From Crocosphaera subtropica ATCC 51142 (GTDB lineage Bacteria > Cyanobacteriota > Cyanobacteriia > Cyanobacteriales > Microcystaceae): DNA of 32,000 nt. The position numbers and the translations under genes are program-made. A model generated the notes under the pieces. The model did no database searches. It worked only from the letters and a program-made list of their open reading frames with translations, and had not been told where the DNA came from. Shown piece after piece: positions 25,715-32,000 of this stretch; positions within the stretch are counted from its first letter, which is position 1, and each line of letters begins with the position of its first letter. The stretch lies in the NCBI RefSeq assembly GCF_000017845.1, contig NC_010546.1:1470001-1502000 (forward strand), written 5' to 3'.

Positions 25715-26719
25715 CTACTGATATTGAAAAGGCTGATAATTTCCACCTAGTCCTGTCACAATGGTTTGGGTATTAGAGATTAACATTTTTTGATAACTAT
25801 CTCCGGTTGTTCCTTTTTGTCCTAACCCGTCAGTATACAGTTTTTGCTGAGAAACCTTAACATTGGCTTCTTTGGCTACCGTTTCAATTAATTTAGGATT
25901 GACTGTATTTTCTGTAAAAATAGTAGGAACTTGGGTTTTTTTCACATCTTTGACCAGTTCACTAACTCGTGAAGCTGTAGGAGACTCTTCTGTACTAAAT
26001 CCCTCTAAGGCTCCTTCAAAGGTTAAATCATAAGCATTAACATAGTAGCCTAATGCGTCGTGGGTCGTCACTAATTTTCGTTGTCTGACAGGAATAGTGG
26101 CAATTTGTTCTTTAATCCAACTGTGAATTGCAGCTAATTCTTGAGTTATTTGACGCTGATTTATTTCATACTGTTCAGTATAATTCGGTTGCAAAGTTTC
26201 TAATTGTTGGCTAATAACTTGCACTATTTTTATGCCATTATTAGCATTATGCCAAATATGAGGATCGGGAACAGTTTCTGTAAGGTGATCATGTTCATGT
26301 TGATGTTCATGTTGATGTCCATGATCATGTTCTTTTCCCATCAAAGGTTGAGAAACAGCTTGTTCATGAACCGCTATTTTGGGTGCAGCATTATTACTGG
26401 CTTCGATTAATTTGATTAAGCTTGCATCGAAATTATAACCCCCATATAAAATTAATTGAGCTTTATCAATGGCCTGTCTATCCTCTGGAGTGGGTTGATA
26501 CACATGAGGATCAACCCCTGGACCGATTAAACATTGGAGATTAATGGTTTCTTGTGCCAGTTGTTCAGTAAGATCGCACAAGATACTGGTGGTTGCTACC
26601 ACTAAGGGACGATTATCCGTAGGAGTAACAGCCTCTGGTTCGGAGGTCGTACAGCCAACTAACCCCATTAATAGGGTGCAAGGAATTAAGGGATGACTTA
26701 ATTTGAAAAGACTTAACAT
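25715..26719 (-). CDS. znuA: Zinc ABC transporter substrate-binding lipoprotein (ZnuA-type, cluster A-I)
   Basis: Lipobox LMGLVGC. A His/acidic loop, EHDHGHQHEHQHEHDH (26285-26329), is characteristic of ZnuA. It lies divergent from the ABC ATPase/permease genes, with a Zur-type box in the 48-bp spacer. Confidence 0.82.
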   Translation of the reverse strand: MLSLFKLSHPLIPCTLLMGLVGCTTSEPEAVTPTDNRPLVVATTSILCDLTEQLAQETINLQCLIGPGVDPHVYQPTPEDRQAIDKAQLILYGGYNFDASLIKLIEASNNAAPKIAVHEQAVSQPLMGKEHDHGHQHEHQHEHDHLTETVPDPHIWHNANNGIKIVQVISQQLETLQPNYTEQYEINQRQITQELAAIHSWIKEQIATIPVRQRKLVTTHDALGYYVNAYDLTFEGALEGFSTEESPTASRVSELVKDVKKTQVPTIFTENTVNPKLIETVAKEANVKVSQQKLYTDGLGQKGTTGDSYQKMLISNTQTIVTGLGGNYQPFQYQ

Positions 26720-26734
26720 GAGTTTCTTGATCCA

Positions 26735-26756
26735 TTATGATAATGATAATCATTCT
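26735..26756. promoter_or_regulatory. Fur-family (Zur-type) operator in the znuA / znuCB divergent promoter
   Basis: TTATGATAATGATAATCATTCT contains the palindrome AATGAT-A-ATCATT (26742-26754). It occupies most of the 48-bp intergenic region. Confidence 0.75.
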
Positions 26757-26767
26757 AGTGCAAGATT

Positions 26768-27517
26768 ATGTTAGAAGTCCAGCATCTGGCAGTTAACTAC
26801 CGAGGGGTGGTGGCTGTAGAAAATATCAGCTTTTGTTTACAACCTGGGGAAATTGTCGGGATTATTGGGCCAAATGGAGCGGGAAAAAGCTCTTTAATCA
26901 AAGGTATCTTAGGATTAGTCCCTGTAGATCGAGGAAACGTCAAATTTCGTTCTCGTTCCTTATCGAAACAATTGGCACAAGTTGCTTATATTCCCCAAAG
27001 AAGCCAAATTGACTGGGATTATCCCATTACTGTGCAGAATGTGGTCATGATGGCCAGAATTCGCCATACAGGGTTATTTAAGTCGATTTCTCGTCACTCT
27101 AAACTGATCGTTCAAAAAGCTTTGATGCGAGTGGGAATGTGGGAATTAAAAGATCGTCCTATTGGAGAGTTATCAGGGGGACAGCAACAACGGGTGTTTT
27201 TAGCCCAAGCATTAGCCCAAGAAGCAGAATTATTCTTATTTGATGAACCCTTTATTGGGGTTGATAAAAAAACCGAGGCTATGCTTTTTGAAGTGTTTGA
27301 TGAGTTAAAATCATCAGGAAAACTTCTCTTAGTAGTGGGCCATGAATTACGGGAAACAGCAAGAGAATATGATCGATTTTTATTAATAAATAAAACTTTA
27401 ATTGCGAATGGTTCTCCCAGGGAAGTTATTACGGCTGAGAATATTCAAGAAGCGTATGGAGATAATGTTATTTTCTTACATCGTAGTCCTAATAATGTTT
27501 CCTCTGGAATCTGTTGA
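26768..27517 (+). CDS. znuC: Zinc ABC transporter ATP-binding protein
   Basis: Walker A GPNGAGKSS, signature LSGGQQQRV and Walker B LFLFDEPFIGVD. Confidence 0.82.
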   Translation: MLEVQHLAVNYRGVVAVENISFCLQPGEIVGIIGPNGAGKSSLIKGILGLVPVDRGNVKFRSRSLSKQLAQVAYIPQRSQIDWDYPITVQNVVMMARIRHTGLFKSISRHSKLIVQKALMRVGMWELKDRPIGELSGGQQQRVFLAQALAQEAELFLFDEPFIGVDKKTEAMLFEVFDELKSSGKLLLVVGHELRETAREYDRFLLINKTLIANGSPREVITAENIQEAYGDNVIFLHRSPNNVSSGIC

Positions 27518-27549
27518 CTTATTTATTCTAATTTAAACTTAATTAAATC

Positions 27550-28431
27550 ATGATTAATTTATTACTCGAACCCCTAACCTTTGAATTTATGAGAAATGCC
27601 CTAATAATTATTATTTTATTGGGAATTCTTTGTGCCATTACAGGGAGTTATTTAATTGTCCAAAAGATGGGATTATTAGGGGATGTTATTGCCCATGCTG
27701 TGTTACCCGGATTAGCGATCGCCTTTTATTTAGGGATAGATATTTTTTTAGGGGCATTTATTTCGGGACTCTTAAGTACCTTAGTTATTTCTTGGATTCA
27801 ATCTCAATCTAAAATTAAAGTTGATGTAGCGATGGCGTTAGTTTTTTCTGGCTTTTTAGCGTTAGGAATTATGTTAATTACTTTATTAAAAAGTAAGATT
27901 GATCTCCATAGTTTTTTGTTTGGTGATATTCTTGGTGTAACCAAAAATGATTTTTTTAGAACTTTAATTATTGTTGTTTTTATTGTAATTTTTGTCAAGC
28001 TTTTTTATAAAGAATTATTATTTTATACCTTCAATCCTTTGGGCGCACAAGCGATGGGATTACCTGTTAAATGGATTCATTTAGGTTTAATTTCTGCCAT
28101 TACTTTAACGATTATTGCTAGTATGCAAGCGGTGGGGGTTGTGTTAGTGGTTTCTTTATTAGTAGGTCCAAGTATCACTGCTTATTTATTGGTTAAAGAA
28201 CTCCATCAAATGATGATCATTGGTGGTATTATTGGCAGTTTAAGTGGCATTATAGGAATTTATCTCAGTTACTACTTAAATGTGCCTTCAGGGGCAGCCA
28301 TTGTGTTAGTAGTAACAGGTTTATTTTTATTAGCTTTATTAGTGAGTCCTTCTCAGGGAATTTTAACTCGTCCTGAAGTTATTTATAGAGGTAAACAGCT
28401 TTTAGATCAATTAACAAAATTCAATCAATAA
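27550..28431 (+). CDS. znuB: Zinc ABC transporter permease (ABC-3 family)
   Basis: FMRNALIIIILLGILCAITGSYLIVQKMGLLGDVIAHAVLPGLAIAF is a typical ZnuB/MntB N-terminus. About 8-9 hydrophobic helices. Confidence 0.82.
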   Translation: MINLLLEPLTFEFMRNALIIIILLGILCAITGSYLIVQKMGLLGDVIAHAVLPGLAIAFYLGIDIFLGAFISGLLSTLVISWIQSQSKIKVDVAMALVFSGFLALGIMLITLLKSKIDLHSFLFGDILGVTKNDFFRTLIIVVFIVIFVKLFYKELLFYTFNPLGAQAMGLPVKWIHLGLISAITLTIIASMQAVGVVLVVSLLVGPSITAYLLVKELHQMMIIGGIIGSLSGIIGIYLSYYLNVPSGAAIVLVVTGLFLLALLVSPSQGILTRPEVIYRGKQLLDQLTKFNQ

Positions 28432-28432
28432 T

Positions 28433-29497
28433 TTATCCAAATCCTCGACCTCGATAAGATTTTTTCAAAATAAATAATCCTCCCTTTTGTCCCCCGATCG
28501 CTAATGTTTGACCTGAAGAATGCCATTCTAACTTAGAAAATCCTTCTAAAGTTTCTTGTGAACGTTGGCTTAATTGTTTCGCTTTTTGCCATAATAATAA
28601 TTGTCCATCTTCTCCCACTGATCCTAATAATAAACTATTCGGTTGAAACGTGATATCGGTAATAGTATTTTCATGACCGATTAACCCCCATGATAACCAA
28701 CCTTCTTCGTCATTTTTTTCTTTTTTCCAAACAACAATTTCCTCCAAACAAGCAACAGCTAATAATGGGGCAATTCCTGATGTAATATTAGACCAAGTTA
28801 GATGACGAATTTTTCCCCCGAACCCTGTCATTCGCCAAGGAATTTCCTCTTGCCAACGCCAAACTAATACCGTATTATCTAAACAACTAGCAGCCAAATA
28901 CTCTCCATCCTTTGACCAAGCGATCGCCATACAAGCTGCAGCCATTTCCACTACAATCGGGTCATCTTCCCATTGATTAGCATTCCAAATTTTAACCCCA
29001 CCATTACCAGCAACTGCTAAATTTTCACCCGAAGGATGCCAACTCATCCCTAAGACAGAAGAGGTTTCAAAAGGTAAAGTAGCGATAATTTCTTCAGCTA
29101 AAACATCTACAATTTGTACATAACGGCCTAAACTAAAAGCGAGTTGATGTTTAGTCGGATGCCAAGCTAAATGATCAATCCATTGGCCTTGTTTTCCCCA
29201 ACTATCAATTAACTCAAGGTGAGGCTTAATCGTCCAGATTTTTACCTTTCCTTCTTGTCCTGCTGCAGCCAAAAATTGCCCGTCATGGGAAAATTCTAAG
29301 CAATCAATTGATGTTTCTTGAGGAGATAAAATTAACCTAGGTTCTTCGGTTTTAAGATTCCATAATAATACCTCTCCTGCCCCAGAACTGGCTGCTAAAT
29401 AATCCCTATTTGACCAGGCCAAATCGGTTACATAATCTGAGAGTTGACCTGTCCAGTGTAACTCAAATAAAGTGGATAGATTGGTTAAACCAAACAC
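28433..29497 (-). CDS. Cytoplasmic WD40 (beta-propeller) repeat protein, co-operonic with COG0523
   Basis: Blades end in VLLWNL, VKIWTI, VKIWNA, VLVWRW, IVVWKK and LLLWQK. There is no signal peptide. ATG 29497 overlaps the upstream COG0523 gene by 13 nt. Confidence 0.85.
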   Translation of the reverse strand: MFGLTNLSTLFELHWTGQLSDYVTDLAWSNRDYLAASSGAGEVLLWNLKTEEPRLILSPQETSIDCLEFSHDGQFLAAAGQEGKVKIWTIKPHLELIDSWGKQGQWIDHLAWHPTKHQLAFSLGRYVQIVDVLAEEIIATLPFETSSVLGMSWHPSGENLAVAGNGGVKIWNANQWEDDPIVVEMAAACMAIAWSKDGEYLAASCLDNTVLVWRWQEEIPWRMTGFGGKIRHLTWSNITSGIAPLLAVACLEEIVVWKKEKNDEEGWLSWGLIGHENTITDITFQPNSLLLGSVGEDGQLLLWQKAKQLSQRSQETLEGFSKLEWHSSGQTLAIGGQKGGLFILKKSYRGRGFG

Positions 29498-30456
29498 GCT
29501 TTTAACTCCTCTTTTAACTGCATTTCATCTAAATTACGACCAATAAAAACTAATTCATTTCTGCGAATTTCTTCAGGTTTCCAAAGGCGATCGGGTTTAG
29601 CGTTTAACAACATATGAACCCCTTGTAAAACTAATCTTTCATTCATCCCTGCAATATTAAGAATTCCCTTCATTCTAAAGATATCTTGCCCTTGAGTTCT
29701 TAATAAATTACTGATCCAATTACTGACTTTTTCCATATCTAATTGTCCTGATTCTATAAAAGCAACAGAATAGACAGAATTATCATGTTCATGGGCATCT
29801 TCTGATAGAAAATTGGGATCAATTTCTAGGGCGTAGTTTAAATTAAAAGCTTGAACCCCTAACAAATAATTCATGGCAATTTCAGTATTTTGGGTTTGAT
29901 ATATTTTCGCCATACGATTAATTTCTCGAAGTTTTTTCTCTAATTGATTGAGTTCTTCTGAGGTTACTAAATCAATTTTATTGAGCAAAATAATATCAGC
30001 AAACGCTATCTGTTCTTGCGCTTCATCTGCATCCCAATGCTGTTCTATATGTTTCGCATCAATGACAGTTACAACGGCATCTAATTGTATTTTATCCCTC
30101 ATATCTTCATCCACAAAAAAGGTTTGAATGACTGGGGCAGGATCGGCTAAACCGGTGGTTTCAATGACAAGATGATCAAATTTATTCCGTCGTTTCATCA
30201 AATTACTAATAATCCGAATTAAATCCCCCCGAACGGTACAACAAATACAGCCATTGTTCATTTCAAAGATTTCTTCATCAGCATTAATAACTAATTGATG
30301 ATCAATGCCAACTTCTCCAAATTCATTGACAATAACCGCTACTTTTTTACCGTGTTCATGGGTGAGAATACGATTCAAGAGGGTGGTTTTTCCTGCCCCT
30401 AGGTATCCCGTTAAAACCGTTACAGGGATACTGTTTAATCCTTCTACGGCTACCAT
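29485..30456 (-). CDS. COG0523-family GTPase metallochaperone (CobW/ZigA/ZagA-like)
   Basis: P-loop GYLGAGKTT, metal-binding GCICCT (CxCC) and NKIDL. The His/acidic linker reads EDAHEHDNS. The CobW_C domain contains IFRMKGIL. AGGAG precedes the ATG. Confidence 0.9.
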   Translation of the reverse strand: MVAVEGLNSIPVTVLTGYLGAGKTTLLNRILTHEHGKKVAVIVNEFGEVGIDHQLVINADEEIFEMNNGCICCTVRGDLIRIISNLMKRRNKFDHLVIETTGLADPAPVIQTFFVDEDMRDKIQLDAVVTVIDAKHIEQHWDADEAQEQIAFADIILLNKIDLVTSEELNQLEKKLREINRMAKIYQTQNTEIAMNYLLGVQAFNLNYALEIDPNFLSEDAHEHDNSVYSVAFIESGQLDMEKVSNWISNLLRTQGQDIFRMKGILNIAGMNERLVLQGVHMLLNAKPDRLWKPEEIRRNELVFIGRNLDEMQLKEELKACLV

Positions 30457-30475
30457 CTTTTTTCTCCTTTTTCTA

Positions 30476-30490
30476 AAATGATAATCATTT
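30476..30490. promoter_or_regulatory. Zur-type operator, proximal, upstream of the COG0523-WD40 operon
   Basis: AAATGAT-A-ATCATTT is a perfect 7-1-7 palindrome lying 20 nt upstream of the ATG. Confidence 0.75.
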
Positions 30491-30514
30491 TCATTATTTT
30501 AGCGCAACATTTAA

Positions 30515-30529
30515 GAATAATAATCATTC
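30515..30529. promoter_or_regulatory. Zur-type operator, distal (one mismatch)
   Basis: GAATAAT-A-ATCATTC, located between the hemB stop and the COG0523 promoter. Confidence 0.6.
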
Positions 30530-30539
30530 TCAAAATTGT

Positions 30540-31532
<993 letters not shown>

Positions 31533-31543
31533 CTAATTTTAGA

Positions 31544-31564
31544 AACGATAATCATTATTATATT
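31544..31564. promoter_or_regulatory. Zur-type operator overlapping a minus-strand TATAAT, proximal to hemB
   Basis: AACGAT-A-ATCATT plus ATTATATT. The 18-mer GATAATCATTATTATATT (31547-31564) recurs exactly at 31593-31610. Confidence 0.7.
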
Positions 31565-31583
31565 GACATATAAAGTAGTCTAC

Positions 31584-31608
31584 TATAATAATGATAATCA
31601 TTATTATA
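31584..31608. promoter_or_regulatory. Zur-type operator, perfect 12-1-12 palindrome
   Basis: TATAATAATGAT-A-ATCATTATTATA; only the central base breaks the symmetry. Confidence 0.75.
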
Positions 31609-31652
31609 TTTCATCAAACTTTAAAGTATAGTGGTAATCATTAGGATGTTTA

Positions 31653-32000
31653 TTAAGAAATAACTAAACAATCATTTAACTGAGAAATTATGGCTTTTTT
31701 GTCTAAATTACGTCCAATAAAAACCAGTTGATTACTCGGCGCATTTTCCCATTCATCAGCAGTCAGATCGTAGCGAGGACCACTTAATTGAAAAATATGT
31801 CTTAACTCACTATTACTAAACCGAAGTATTCCTTTAGCACGAAATACTTCTAGAGGCATTTGTTCAGTGAGAAAATACTCAAACTTTTCCACATCAAAGG
31901 GTTTATCACTCATAAAAGAAACAGCCATAAATCCATCTGTTTCCAGATGATGACTATAATCTTTATGATCTCGTTGAAAGTTACGAAGTTGTGTTTGATA
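31653..32000 (-). CDS. Second COG0523-family GTPase, C-terminal part (5' end outside the window)
   Basis: The frame stays open upstream of the track's Met to the window edge (YQTQLRNFQRDHKDYSHHLETDGF-MAVSF...). The CobW_C-like region contains VFRAKGILRF and QLVFIGRNLD, which parallel the paralog at 29485-30456. Confidence 0.8.
   Translation of the reverse strand, partial: YQTQLRNFQRDHKDYSHHLETDGFMAVSFMSDKPFDVEKFEYFLTEQMPLEVFRAKGILRFSNSELRHIFQLSGPRYDLTADEWENAPSNQLVFIGRNLDKKAIISQLNDCLVIS

Overview
AT-rich segment studded with HIP1 octamers (GCGATCGC). From HIP1 density, gene content and heptamer repeats I infer a unicellular cyanobacterial chromosome. I can support about 33 protein-coding genes (two cut by the window edges, three below the 60-aa ORF-track cutoff) and one tRNA-Gly(GCC). 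I found no rRNA, CRISPR array, transposase or integrase.

Left to right:
- Tail of a GH13 glycosidase, a DUF29-like ORF and an ankyrin-repeat protein.
- A tightly coupled three-gene DsrE/DsrF/DsrH (TusBCD-like) sulfur-relay operon.
- A 1.4-kb AT-rich gap containing small ORFs.
- A module of three genes: a stand-alone FAAL-ACP-thioesterase tridomain enzyme, a soluble GAF histidine kinase, and a Wzz/GumC-type co-polymerase whose BY-kinase domain has degenerate Walker A/A' motifs. Two direct copies of a ~155-200 bp heptamer-bearing repeat bracket this module.
- A housekeeping block: BON protein, ABC-2 exporter pair, J-protein, cysK, malQ, secreted WD40 protein, EamA transporter, two hypotheticals, sixA, tRNA-Gly, ruvX and an MscS channel.
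- A ~6.3-kb zinc-limitation island at the right end. It holds divergent znuA / znuC-znuB, and on the minus strand COG0523 (partial), hemB (Asp-rich, Zn-independent type), COG0523 and WD40. The divergent znuA/znuC, hemB and COG0523-WD40 promoter regions all carry Fur-family (Zur-type) ATGATAATCAT palindromes; the promoter of the partial COG0523 gene lies outside the window.

Most worth a second look:
- The WD40 propeller translationally coupled to a COG0523 GTPase under Zur-type boxes.
- The repeat-bracketed FAAL-ACP-TE / kinase / pseudokinase module.
- An unexplained structured island, C-rich on the + strand, between a WD40 gene and malQ.
- The TusBCD-like operon in a cyanobacterial context.

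All homology calls come from reading motifs in the translations; no database search was possible.
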